Assembly (NCBI RefSeq): GCF_963921235.1
Contig: NC_086097.1
Coordinates: 82,214,001-82,278,000 of the forward strand
DNA: 64,000 bases
Direction of reading: 5' to 3'
DNA from: Mobula hypostoma
Taxonomy: Eukaryota
In this document: piece after piece, positions 36,986 to 49,369 of the stretch
Layout of the letters: every line of letters starts with the position of its first letter
Numbering within the stretch: the stretch's first letter is position 1
Notes under the pieces: model-generated
Databases searched by the model: none
What the model was told of the DNA's origin: nothing
What the model saw: only the letters and a program-made list of their open reading frames with translations
Translations under genes and position numbers: made by a program

Positions 36986-38004
36986 GAGAAGATTCCCTTT
37001 TGCACACAGAAATTTCCCCTGTTTTTACCTTCCGGAACCTTTTTCTCTAATATTCTTCCATGGAACAGTGGCAGGTGATATCTGCACCCGCAGAATCATC
37101 TTCCTCTTCCCAGACAAACATGTTTTCACCATTATCTTCTCTCAGAGCTGTAGAATAGTGCTCATACTAAGTTCTCAAAAGCAATGCTGTGGACTGATCC
37201 CCTTCTACTTTCTCAAAACATTCCCACATTCCAGACCAACAGCATTTTGTCTTACTAACTTCCATTTTGTGTAACGTACAACCAATTTAACTCTTTCCTT
37301 ACCTCAATGCATTGAGAAATGTGAATTTGCATTAATTATGAATTAATTATCAAAGTATATAGCATTGCTAAGCCATCAGGACAACCCGCACCTGTTGAAT
37401 TTAACAATAGCTCCTGTTGCATTTCCGAAAGCATCAATTATTCTGCTTGACTGTCACTTGACCTTCAGTCGGCCTCAGGGTGGCAGTTGTTCCTTGTGAG
37501 CAGCTATACTTTGATGAATGGTGTAACAAAGCCTCTTAAACATTCTCTTGAGAAAGGAATGGCAAAGCAGTTATGTTCTTTTAAAACATCTCGCACTTAC
37601 AAATTGACTTCTGTGCCCCCAAAATGTACAAAAGCATTCCTTGCAATGCCTGTAAACAAAATTCTTTCATCATCCCATGTCAGGTGACCCAAAGGCATGA
37701 CAAAATGATAATATCTTAAATAAAATAGCAAAGAGAGACTAGGAATGGAATTTCAGAGTTTGCGAGCTAAGTGAATAACATGCGATTTTAAACATTGAAG
37801 CAATTAAATTCAAAAGACCAGAAACTAAAGAATGATTGATATCTCTGAGAATTACAGGGTTCAGAAGATTTAAGGAAGGGTAAGGCCACAGGGATTAGGA
37901 ATTTTTTAAATGAGGCATTGCTCAATTAGGAACCAAAATGGCTCAGCAAACAAAAGGGAGGTGAAATTATGGAATTATATAAATTTGGAAATGGGAAATA
38001 GAAC

Positions 38005-38255
38005 ATAACATAAACATCACAGCACAGAAATAGTCCCTTCCTCCTATCATCCCTATACCAACCAATCTAAACTAAATCCATTTGCCTGCTTGTGGTCTAT
38101 GTCCTTTCATTCCCTGCCAGTCTATGAGCCTGATTAACTGCCTCTTCAACAAAGCTAATGTGTCTTCATCCATCACATCCTCTCTCAGTGCATTCCAGCC
38201 ACCTACCTCTCTGTTTAAAAAGAAATCTTATCCCACACATTCTCCTTTAAGCATC
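38005..38255 (-). mobile_element. CR1 3' end fragment
   Basis: Reverse CR1 3' UTR (cacagcacagaaatagtcccttc...gcattccagccacctacctctctg). Confidence 0.65.
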
Positions 38256-38636
38256 CCCCCTCTGGGAGTGGCGGCAAATTGGAAGGGGATTGAACTCTGA
38301 ACAATACCAGACAGGGAATCAGGGAGAGGAGAAGATTTGGTCATCAGCATTTGACAATATGGTAGGCAGAACAAAAGACAACTCTCAGAGAAAATGAATC
38401 TGGAGGTGCTTGAGAGTAGGTAGCAGGGAAACTGAAAACAATTTCTTAAAGTCAGTTCCTTAAGTATGACAGGCATGTTGGCTAAAGTAGTATGGAAAAT
38501 ATATTAAAGATGGTGGTGGTAAATAAGGAATGGAAACACGTAATTCTACTGTGCAGCACAAATTGCATTTGATAAAATTACCTTCCAATCCTGCTAAGTA
38601 AAGAAAATATCAATAATAAATTTTAAAAGGACGCTT

Positions 38637-39972
38637 TTAACAAAGGTTAAAAGGTTCATTTATTATCAAAGTATGCAACTCTGAAATACTTCTTCTCCAG
38701 ATAGTCATGAAACGGAGAAAGAAAAGACAGGTAGCATGATCATCAACCCCCAAGTCATTCCTCCCGCACAAAAAAAACAAAAAAATGAAACAGCCACATT
38801 GACCCCAAATCCCCCTCCCCTGCACACACAAAAAAAGAAGAAAGTTCGGACGGACAACACAGAATATAAAAAAAACATAAGACTGAAAAAAAGTCTACAA
38901 TCTAAGTCCACAACCAAAATCCAGAAAACCTGGACACCATTCTCGCTCTCTGTAGCAGAGCGATCTCTAGAGGAGAAGATGGTGGGGCAACGCAGCTTGC
39001 ACGGCCACTCCGGTGAATGATATCTGTTATCTGTCAAGTAGGGTGCCGTGCACAATCCTGATTTGATGGCGACAGACATGAGAGCACGGAGGAACATCTG
39101 TGAAACTTCTGAAATGCCTGCTACATTGCCACTGCTACTGTGTGATCCAGAATCTCTGGAGGAGAAGGCCACGAGTCCTCGGCTTTGCTTGTTGCTCAGC
39201 GGCTGGGGTGGGGTCGAAGCGCTCGGCAGAGATGGTGCTTGGTGCTTGGTGTCAGAGGGCTGGTCGGAGGCTCGAAGTTTTCGGACGGACTCAGAATTGG
39301 CTGCGGTCAGGTGCTTCCAATGCATCAGCAAATTTGCGGCGCTTGGAGTTCATGGCAGGGGGAGTTTCTCCCTTCTACCGTCTGCGTGAGATGATGGGGC
39401 TATCGGGACTTGAGACTTCCTTTTTACAGTGCCCATGATCTGCTCTTTGTCAAATTACGGTATTGCTTTGCACTGTTGTAACTATATGTTATAGTTATGT
39501 GATTTTGTCAGTTTTAGTCTTGGTTTGTCCTGTGTTTCTGTGATATCTTTCTGGAGGAACATTGTATCATTTTTTAATGCATGCATTTCTAAATGACAAT
39601 AAACGAGGACTGAGTGTCCTCATAATCTAATCTAATCTCACCAGCAATAAGGAGGCAGTCTCTCCTCTCTGGCAGAGATCAATCCCCCTGCAATAAGAGG
39701 TTTAATCAGTGAAATGGAGTTGAACGGCAGCTCAGAGCTTTCTCACCATGAAGTTCCCACATGCTGCCTTGACCTCCTGGAGTCCCCTCGGAGAGAGTAG
39801 AGTGCTGAAACACCCAAATGATCTCCAAACTGCAAATCACAGGCTCCAACAGTTCCCGAAACATGTTCAAGACAAAAAACAAATGTAAAAGACATAAAAG
39901 AAGTGAAATATATGGTTTCCTGATCTATCCAGAAGCTGTTGACCGAAGGAGTTTTGTATGCAGGCGCCATCT
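38637..39972 (-). mobile_element. Non-autonomous retroposon starting CAAGATGGCGCC, split by the 38968-39634 insertion
   Basis: YY1-like motif at 39963-39974; 3' end shared with 16400-16495. Confidence 0.6.
38968..39634 (+). mobile_element. Full-length ~670-bp non-autonomous retroposon with (TCTAA)n tail
   Basis: Starts gagaagatgg; ATCTC TSD at 38963-67 and 39635-39; two 5'-truncated copies elsewhere in the window. Confidence 0.8.
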
Positions 39973-40691
39973 TGAATGGATTGGCATATTTAGTAATAAG
40001 TTTGGATAACTTATAGAAAAACTCAAAGAATGTCCAAATAAATTTAAAAAAAGAGGATAGAATATGAATTAATTAACAAGCAGTGTCTATAAATATGCAA
40101 CAAGGAGAAGAATACCATCTATAAATGTGGGTCCCTTAACAAGGAATTAGGGAGAGAGGAAGGTAAAGGATTTGGTTGAACAGAACATTTGTCATCTGAT
40201 CTTAAAATAGAACGAACTTTGGGAACCAAAATCTAATGAGACTGATAAATTAAACATTAGCTAAGAACAAAGTACTGGAGAAATAAATGTGATTAAAATT
40301 AGGCAAATTCCCTGGATGTGATGAGGTATTACGTGAAAGTTTGTTGTACTAGATTAGGGCCCATGAGAATAGGGCAATATATTAGCATGGACAGTGGATT
40401 GACTAATGGGAAAGAAAAAAAAAACAACAAAATTAAATCAGAGTGCAGATACTAGATATTCATTTTCATTTTGGCAACTTTTTACTTGTGGCAAGTGGTC
40501 AGTGCTGTGACCTCAGCTATTTACAGCCTACTTTAATATTTTGGTCAAGGGATACATCCAAGCTGTAATGCAGCACAGAGCAATTTGTTTATAGCCATAA
40601 ATGGAATGTGTGATTTTAATACTCTGTGTGCCTTTTACACTGCTTCCAATTTACTCCAGTAAATGGCACCAAGTTTTTGGATGAGGAGTTT

Positions 40692-43198
40692 CCTTCCTTC
40701 CTTCCTTGCACCCTTAACTCCTGGTGGAGTCATCAGGGAGCCGTCATGACAAGCTTTGCATCAGTCTGTTCCATCTGTTGTGGTTGTGTGACAGAGCCTG
40801 GGTCACCGCAAATGTTTTCCCTGTCCATTCTTTAATGTTGTCCGTCCATCTTTTCCTCTATCTACCTCTCCTTCTTCTCCCCTCCACAGTTCCTTGTAGA
40901 ACAGTCTTTGCAAGGCCACTGGATCGTGTTACGTGGCCGTACCATCTCAACTTTCTTTTCTTCACCATTGTGAGAAGGTCTTCATGGGGGCCATTGTGGT
41001 GCTGGATGGTCTTGCGGACCTGCTCGTTTGTGATGTGGTCTAGGTATGAGATGCCCAAGATGTTGCGATAGCGTCTCATTTCCAAAGCCTGAATCTTTCT
41101 CCGTAGCTCTGCTGTGAGGGTCCATGTCTTACATACGTACAGGAAGACGGAGAATACCAGTGCATGCAGGAGTCTGATCTTGTACTTCATGGTGATGTTG
41201 CTGTCCTTCCATATTGTCTTGAGTCTGGATAGTGCAGTCATCGTCTGTGCAGTTCTTGCCAGGACTTCTGGTCTTGATCCTTCATCACTGACGATTACCC
41301 CCATGTATTTGAACTGCTGCACTGTCTCAAGTTTCTGACCATGGACTGAGAAGTCTGTTGTGATGGCACAGTTAGCACTTGCCATGAGCTTGGTTTTCTC
41401 AGCCCTTATTTCCATTCCAATCTTTGTGGAAGCTCTGTCAAGATGGCTGACCAGGTTGGCCAGTTCGTCCTCTTTTCCTGCAAGTCCAACAATACTGTCA
41501 GCAAATCTTAGGTTTGTGATGTTCCTCCCCCTCCGATGCCCACATGATCTTCAAGGGCAACTCTCATGATTCGTTCCATGAAGACTTTGAAGAGAGTAGG
41601 GGAGAGGAGGCAGGCCTGATGGACTCCTACAGAGGTATGGAACCACTCCCTGATGGTGCCCTGCGCGAGCACTGCACTAGTTGCCTTGGTGTAAAGCTGA
41701 TCGATTACATGAATCAGCTTCTGTTCCACGTTGAATTTCTTCATGGTGGCCCATAAGGCATCGTGCCAGACTCTGTCAAATGCCTTCTTGAAGTCTATGA
41801 AGCCATGGTAGAACTCTCTCTGGTGCTGAAGGTGTTTCTCACAAAGGGTGCGGAGGTTGAAAATCTGCTCAGTTGTGCTTCTGCCCTTACGGAAGCCTGC
41901 TTGTTCCTCAGAAATGATGTCTTCTGCCTGAGGTCTCAGTCTGTTCAAGATGATTCTGAGCATTACCTTGCTTACATTGCTGATCAAATTGACGGTACGG
42001 TAATTCTGGCAAAGTTGGAGATTGCCTTTCTTGGGAAGCACAATGACCAGCGACTGAGTCCAAGGTGTGGGCCATTCACCTGTCTGCCAGATCTTATTGC
42101 AGATGGTGGTAAGCATGTCTATCGTGGCCTCTCCTCCATGCTTCAGCAGTTCAGCAGGGATGTTGTCAACTCCTGCTGACTTCCCGCACTTCAGTGATTG
42201 TATTGCAGCTTCAACGTCTTCACGCATGATTGGATAGTCATCCTCATTGGAAGATTTCTGCACATTCAGCACGCTTGGATCCCCTTTGCTCTGGTAGTTG
42301 TACAGTTCTGAACAGTACTCTGTCCACCTTTCCATTATTTCCTTTTCTTCTGTGAGATTTTTGCCATTTCTGTCTTGGATGGTGTTCACTTTGGCTTGTT
42401 TTTCTTTGGTAAGAGCTTTCACCAGTTGGAATGCCTTCTTTGTGTTGTTGTTGGAGAGACTGTCTTCAATGTCCGCACATTGTTCAGCTATCCACCTTTG
42501 CTTTGCTTCCTTCATTTCCCTCCTGATTTCCTTGTTGATTTTCCTGTATTCTGTTCTTCCCTCTGCTGTGTTTTTATCTTTCTTTAATTTCCTTCTTGTG
42601 TCACACGTATCCAGTATCTTGTTAGTGAACCATGGTTTAGACTTACAGTGGCTTTTCCCCAGAATCTTGCTTGCTGTTTCTGCCATCACTGTGTTAAAGT
42701 TATTTGTGGTGGTCTCCAGGTCTTCATCAAAGAGGAGTACTGGTGCAAACTTCCCCCCAAATGCTGCCTGAAATTCTTCAGAGATGGTGGGGTCTTTCAG
42801 TTTTTCAAGTTCGAATCTCATCCGGCTGTTTTTTGGCTTGTTGATTCTCTTCAAGCGCACTCTGATGTTCATCATGACAAGGTCATTGAAACTGCCCACG
42901 TCTGCTCTTGGGAATGTTCTGGTCTTCAGTCTGCTCACACTAGATTTGTGCCATCTTTGCACCAGGATGTAGTCAATCTGGTGATGTTGACCACTGGGGG
43001 CATGCCAGGTCCATCTTCGGGATGCTCTGTGCTCTTCAAGTGTGTTTGACAGTACCATGTTGTTACAACTGGCAAATTCCAGCAGGCGTAGTCCCCTCTC
43101 ATTGGAGGTGTCATTGCATGAGGGGCCGATGAGATCCCCCCACTCATTTTGTGCGTCTCTGCCCACCCTGGCATTCCAGTCACCCTGAATGATCAAAA
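40692..43198 (-). mobile_element. RTE-clade LINE, 5'-truncated, relatively young
   Basis: 562-aa ORF 41508-43196 (GDWNA, WTWHAP..QIDYIL, EEQAGFR, FIDFKKAFD) and 185-aa ORF 40858-41415; FADD mutated to FADS; (GGAA)n tail; 11-bp TSD ATGAGGAGTTT (40681-91, 43199-209). Confidence 0.95.
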
Positions 43199-45099
43199 AT
43201 GAGGAGTTTGCAAAGTTTTATAAATGAGTGCACAAGATATTAATGGATGTGCAAACATATGAGACTATCTATTTTGCATTAAGCATTTTTGTTATCTTTG
43301 TACACTGGCTTAGTAAATCTACAATTTTGATCTGGACTTACTTTATAGATGGAATGAAAGTGTTGTTTGATGTGAAGTGTTGGTGCTGGATTCCTGGAAT
43401 AATAAATGCTGATCTCATTGCAATCCATAAGAGGCTGAGAGGATAGGTTCTAGTAAACTGTATATTGGCTGTAGCATCTGAAATTGGGGCACACTCTCAC
43501 AAAAATTAAATGCTTACTTAGGACTTGAGGAGAATTAATTATATTCAACAGTTCATTAATCTTTGGAATTGTTCATGCAGAGATCTGTGAAAGTTGCCCA
43601 TGTTGAGTCTATTCCCACTCCAGAGCAGACTCCTGATGGTACTGAGCACACAAAAATCTGATGCAAAGGTAGAGTTCAGCGCAAAGATCTGCCATGAACA
43701 TATTGCATAGCAGAATGTGCTCAAGAGGTCATCTGTCTTCAGCTTGTTCCCTTTTCCTATTCCTAAATACAGCCTCTTAAACTGAAAAATCTATTACCAA
43801 TGGATGATCTGGATAAAAAGCAATTTTTCTATAAATTTTCCCTCAGATAACATAAACCTTACTTTTAGCAATTTACCCTAGGAATAACATATACTGGGGA
43901 TCAATATTAGCCACAATTTAACTCACTGGGGCCTTAGAGATTTTGACTAATTTTTGCATATGAATCTTAGAACCATGTAGTAATGACTACACTGAGATTT
44001 TCAATGGACGATGTTAATACATTCTCCAGGAACTGAATATTCACATCAAATTCTCATTAACAAATTAAAATGAAAATGGAAATAACTTCATATACTTAAA
44101 AATTCTTATCCTCAGAACAACTTTTAAATTTCATGGCTCACAGAAAGGCAACAACATATCACTGGTGTGGATAAAAGCTGGGTGCAGGAAGAGTGGCAAA
44201 AATCCTATTTTCCCCAGTTTTATTTGAAAACTAGGCATAAAATAATGTCAACATTTTCACCAAGATGAGATAACACTGTGTTTCTAAGGTTTCTTTATGT
44301 TTTATTCACTGATTTAACTGTTTAAACATAGTCCAAGGGCAATTCTCTTTATTGGTCTTCCACTAAAATATATTATTTCCTTCAAATACATAATTTTATA
44401 AGCCAAACTCAGATTCAATATGGGTAGAAGACTATTCCCAGCTCTTCTGCAATTCAAAATTTAAATCAGTTAATAGCTCCCATGCGAAATGTAAGGTATT
44501 TCACATTCTTAGTGAAAATCTGTTCCTTAATTAAAAATTCATCACTAGTAGAGATGCACCTTAATCTGTTTAAAGACCTTATCACTCTGGCATGGTCATA
44601 TATTCAGTTCCATTCTACAGGGAGTCTGCACACAGGAAGCATCATTTACTACCACAGATAATGTAACTTGATGTTTTTTTCCTTGTATGGTCACTAATGC
44701 AGTGTAACAAACAGTAGTTCATCCAAAGAGATAAAAATAAGAATTGCTTCAATTGAAATGCTTCAAAGTCTTGAATATGCCTTAATTAATGTACAGTCAA
44801 CTTCTACATTTGCATGACTCATCAACTGCTTTTAACCTTAATGTGCATAAAGACCTGCATGAGTGGAGGCTTTGAGAATAAACCCCAGAATGTTTGCAAG
44901 AGGAAAATAAACAGAATAATACCTTAAATATTCAAGATTAATGGCAATTGCTTCTCCTTTATAGGCTTCACTTGGAGCTACTCTGTGGTACCTGTGGATA
45001 GGGCAAAGGGGTGCTTGAAAGGATGGGTACTTGGATAGTTTGTGAGGTGGTGAGTTCCTTTTGCTGTTTGCATCAGGCTTCACATAGCAGTGTGAAAAA

Positions 45100-46400
45100 A
45101 CCAAGGGCACTTGGGGTCCAAGCACCTCAAAATTGTCACACAAGTTGATAGGGTGGTTAAGAAGGTGGGTCGGGGGATTGGGTACAAAAGCCATGAGATA
45201 ATGTTGCAGCTCTGTAACGCTCTGGTTTGGTCAGAAGTGGAAGCTTTAGAGAGGATATGGAGGAGATTTACCAGGATACTGCCTGCATTAGAGAACATGT
45301 CGTATGAGGATAGACTGAGTGAGCTAGGGTTTTTCTCTTTGGAGCAAAAGAGGATGAGAAGCAATTTGATAGAGGTATACAAGTTTATAAGAGACCCACT
45401 CAGTGGCCCAATTTTTTTTAGGTACACCTGCTGATAATGCAAATATCTAATTAGCCACACATGTGGCAGGCAAAGAACCTCTACCTCAAAGTCAACAAAA
45501 CAAAGGAGCTGGGGACCGACTTCAGGAGAACTTGCATCACTTCCAATCAACTTTACATCAGCAGCACAGCAATGGAAACTGCAAGTAGATTCAAACGCCG
45601 GGGAGTGCTTATCTCGCACAACCTCCCTTGGTCCCAGGACACATTCTACACAATCAAAAGCAGAATATAGGGTTAATGGCAGGATTCTTAGCAATATGGA
45701 GGAACAGAGGATCTTGAGATACACTTCCAGAGATCCCTTAAAGTTGTCACGCAAGTTGATTGGGTGGATAAAAAGGCATATGGTGTGTTGGCCTTCATTA
45801 GTCGGGGGATTGAGTTCAAGAGCTATAAGGTAATGCTGCAGTTCTATAAAACTCTGGTTAGACCACACTTGGAGTATTGCATTTAGTTCTGTTTGCCTTG
45901 TTATAGGAAGAATTTGGAGGCTTAAGAGAGGCTGCAGAGGAGATTTACCAGGATGCTGCCTGGATTAGAGGGCCTATCTTCTGAGGAAGGGATGAATGAG
46001 CTAAGGCTTTCCTCTTCAGCACAAAGGAGGATGTAAAGTGACTTTAGAGAGGTGTATAAGATCTTGAGAGGTATTGATAGGGTGCAGAGACACCACCTTT
46101 TTCCCAGGGTGACAATCATCAATAATGGTGGATATCCTTTTAAGGTAAGTGGGAAGAAACTTTTTGGGGACTTGTCAGAGGGGGTAGTTTTTTTTATACG
46201 GAGACCGTAGGTGCCCAGAATGCATAGGGTGATGGTAGAGGCTGATACTGTAGGGACACTTAAGAGACTCATAGATGTGATGTAAAAATATGGAGAGTTA
46301 TGGGCTGTGTAGGAGGGAAGGGTTAGATTGTACAATAGGTTTATATAGACCAGCACAACATCGTGAGCCAAAGGGCCTGCACCTGCACTGTACTGATCCA
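45100..46400 (+). mobile_element. Two tandem CR1 3' fragments separated by a Tc1-like end and a Rex1 fragment
   Basis: 45105-45392 and 45660-46400 both encode EALER..RRFTR.LP.LE; Rex1-like NLYLKVNKTKEL..DFRR at 45461-45670. Confidence 0.75.
45398..45475 (+). mobile_element. Tc1/mariner-type terminal inverted repeat remnant
   Basis: cactcagtggccca..ttaggtacacctg resembles a vertebrate Tc1-type TIR; no partner end found. Confidence 0.55.
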
Positions 46401-47016
46401 TGGTCAGTGTTCTCCTGATGCACACACATGAGGTTCTCCTTCTCCACCTTGATTGATAATGGTGAGATCTCTCTGGGACTCCTCAAATAAAGCCTCCAGC
46501 CAACCCGATGACTCCTAACCGAGAGGTGCGGAGTGATTAGCAGTATGTAGACTGCCCTAAAGTCCACCACAATTGCTTTCCCCATGAAGAAGAGCCAGGC
46601 TTAGTTTGGTGAGAATGACCAGAAGATTGAGGAGTTAACTAACTGCAAACTCAAGTTGCTCCTGAATTGGAAGCATGATCATTCAATATTTCTGTTGCCG
46701 CTGATATTGCGGCCCAAATTGATGGAAACAGAGCAGAATTAGGGTGGTAATGATAATGTTGACAGCTTTGAAAATAGCTACTAATGTAGTTTAACAGGTG
46801 CTACTGCTTGGACTAGGGTCCTTACTATAAGATCTTGTGCTTGTTGCCCTGCTAAAACAAGGTAATGGTTATGAAAAGACCATGCTCCAAGCATATCGTC
46901 AGGAGAAGAAACCCTTTGGAGTTAGCTTTCCCAACTCCTTCCTTGTTAGAAGATTGTATCTTTTCCCACCCTGGTGCAGAGGTTATCCAAGAAGATTAGT
47001 TTGCCTTCCTCTAGAA

Positions 47017-47098
47017 CAGGGGTTCCCAAACTTTTTTTTATGCCATGGTCCCCGACCATTAACCGAAGGGTCCATAGACTCCAGATTGGGAACCACTG
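47017..47098. mobile_element. 82-bp hAT (Charlie-type) MITE
   Basis: TIRs CAGGGGTTCCCAA / TTGGGAACCACTG; perfect 8-bp TSD CTCTAGAA (47009-16, 47099-106). Confidence 0.93.
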
Positions 47099-48654
47099 CT
47101 CTAGAACATGGATCAGAATTTTTAAGTGACTGAAGTAGAAATGCTCCTCTTATCTCCCTGTAGCTACTACGTAGATGCACCAGCTGTACGAGAGCAGTAA
47201 ATTGAACATTTTAATAGCAGAATTTATTGTAATGGTGGCTGATAGGAATTCAGCTCCCCCCATGGGCAAGAACACAAAATTCATGTAGTGAGATCTATTG
47301 ATGATATTAGAGTTTATTAATGCAAATAAAACTCTGGTTTCATTGGAAACATTTGGAAAAGACTGTGTGAAATTATAGTTCTTTGCAAATGTGTTTTGAA
47401 AAGATTTTCCTGTGACTATGAGACGCCCTCTTGAGCCCTACATCTTAACAGATGAATACTAAATTTCCCAGTATGTCAGCACAAATATCATTGTATCTGA
47501 CATTTCACGTAACTGTAGTTTTTAAAACTGACATTGGGCATCTCAAGAAGTTGCTTGGACTCCCATTTGCATGTGTGAAGAGTTTAATATCTGCTTTAAA
47601 AAATGACTGAACAACTGCTTGTCCTTATCCAATGAGGTGAATGCCTTTATTATTCTGTTTAGAGATGTGCCTTGGTTCCTGACAACTGTTTGAGGGAATA
47701 GCAGGCTACATAACATCTGAAAATCTTATGATATGTCACCCAGTCTCTGAGTTGTCAAGCTGATGTCAGCTGGGAACCACCCGCTGAGGTTGATGATTGT
47801 GGGATATGGACAGGGTGATGTTGCCTTGGGAGTCCTTGACATTGATTTCAGATCTCTTAGAGTTTCATATTGAACACTTGTACATAAAATATCATTTGTA
47901 CAAGTTTCATGAGGTACAGATACAATGGAAAACTTGCTTGCAGCAACATCACAGGAACCTGGTTTCAGACAACACACTAAACATAAACAATAACACACTA
48001 AACACACACAAAATGGAACGTATAAGCACAATGTGTTACATTGTACTTTGCCCCTTTAACCTTTGGTTTATACTGGGTGGCCAGAAATAGACACTGTGTG
48101 GGTGGTGACCACCATTGTGTGGCTATCTAATGCCAAGGGTGCATGGAGTTAACCCATTCAAGTCTACATTGGGAATAATTTCACCTGGAAATTTTAGCTT
48201 TTGTGACCTACAGCAGGAAAAGGTCAAGGATGCTAGAAATGCCCATTCCAGGTCAGTGATGGGGCATGATTCCAGTTGGCAAATTACTCTGGGTGGAGAT
48301 TTTGGAGGAAAAAGAAAGGATGCTGGAAATCAGAAACAAAAACAGTAAATCTTCTGATTCTGCCAATTTTAGTATGTACATTTGTTGATTAGAACAGTCT
48401 CATCTACAAAACACAGACTGGGGAGGTGCCTTGCAGAATGTTTCAGTTTGGTCCACAAGGGTAACTCCGAGAAATTAACAACCTGTCAGTTCCCTTTCTG
48501 ACTGATCTCATACATTACTCTAAAAGTTCCCAACATAAACATGAGGAAGAGTACTTTGTCTTTCATTGGCCTTCACTCTATCATGAGTATTCCCCTCTGT
48601 CCTCTCCACCTCTCTCGTTTTATGAAACTAAAAACGCATTTGTTTACTCATTTT

Positions 48655-48750
48655 TCCAATCCTAATGAATGGTCCTTGACCAGAAACATTGACAGTTGCT
48701 CTCCACACTGATGCTACCTGACCTGCTGAGTACTTACAGTTTTTATTTAA
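48655..48750 (+). mobile_element. Old short Penelope-derived unit
   Basis: caatc-ctaatga-atggtccttgacca-gaaac-attgacag then gatgctacctgacctgctgagt. Confidence 0.65.
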
Positions 48751-49004
48751 AAACAGAATTTTACTTGATTGCTATCTAAATAAACAGGCTGATTTGTTCC
48801 CAGGAGGAAATTACCTAATTATGATACAAGGTAAACTGTAGTCATAAAGCAAGAATACCGATGCTGGCAGAATCAAAATCAGCTACGCACATCATCTTTT
48901 AGTAGGTGTCTTTAAATGGCATGAAGTTAAAATTGAGACCATTTCAGAGCTGGAGGAGTCATGATCAAAATAGACATAAAAATTAAATATGACTCTCCTG
49001 TTAT

Positions 49005-49369
49005 ATCATCATCATTATGTGCCGTGTCATATGACGTGGGTGATCATGGTCTCCTAATCATGATTGCTCTTGGTAAATTTTTCTATAGAAGTGGTTTGCT
49101 ATGGCCTTCTTCTGGGCAGTGTCTTTACAAGACAGGTGACCGCTGCCATTATCAATACTCTTCAGTGGTCACATAACCAGGACTTGTCATATGCACCAAC
49201 TGCTCATACGACCATCCACCATCAGCTCCCATGACTTCACGTGACTCTGACTGGGGGTGGGGGGGGGCGGTGTTGCTAAGCAATTGCTACACCTCGCCCG
49301 ATGGTGACCTGCAGGGGAAGGAGCATCTTACACCTCCTTTGGTGAAGACATATCTCCACCTCGCCACCC
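49005..49369 (-). mobile_element. SINE-like element with structured non-tRNA head and (ATG)n tail
   Basis: Second copy at 53931-54305 with the same ends; tail tgatgatgat. Confidence 0.8.

Noticed and set aside
38705..39331. 208-aa - strand ORF
   Set aside because: Spans the junction of two nested non-coding repeats; low complexity
45080..45868. 262-aa - strand ORF
   Set aside because: Antisense read-through of CR1, Tc1 and Rex1 fragments
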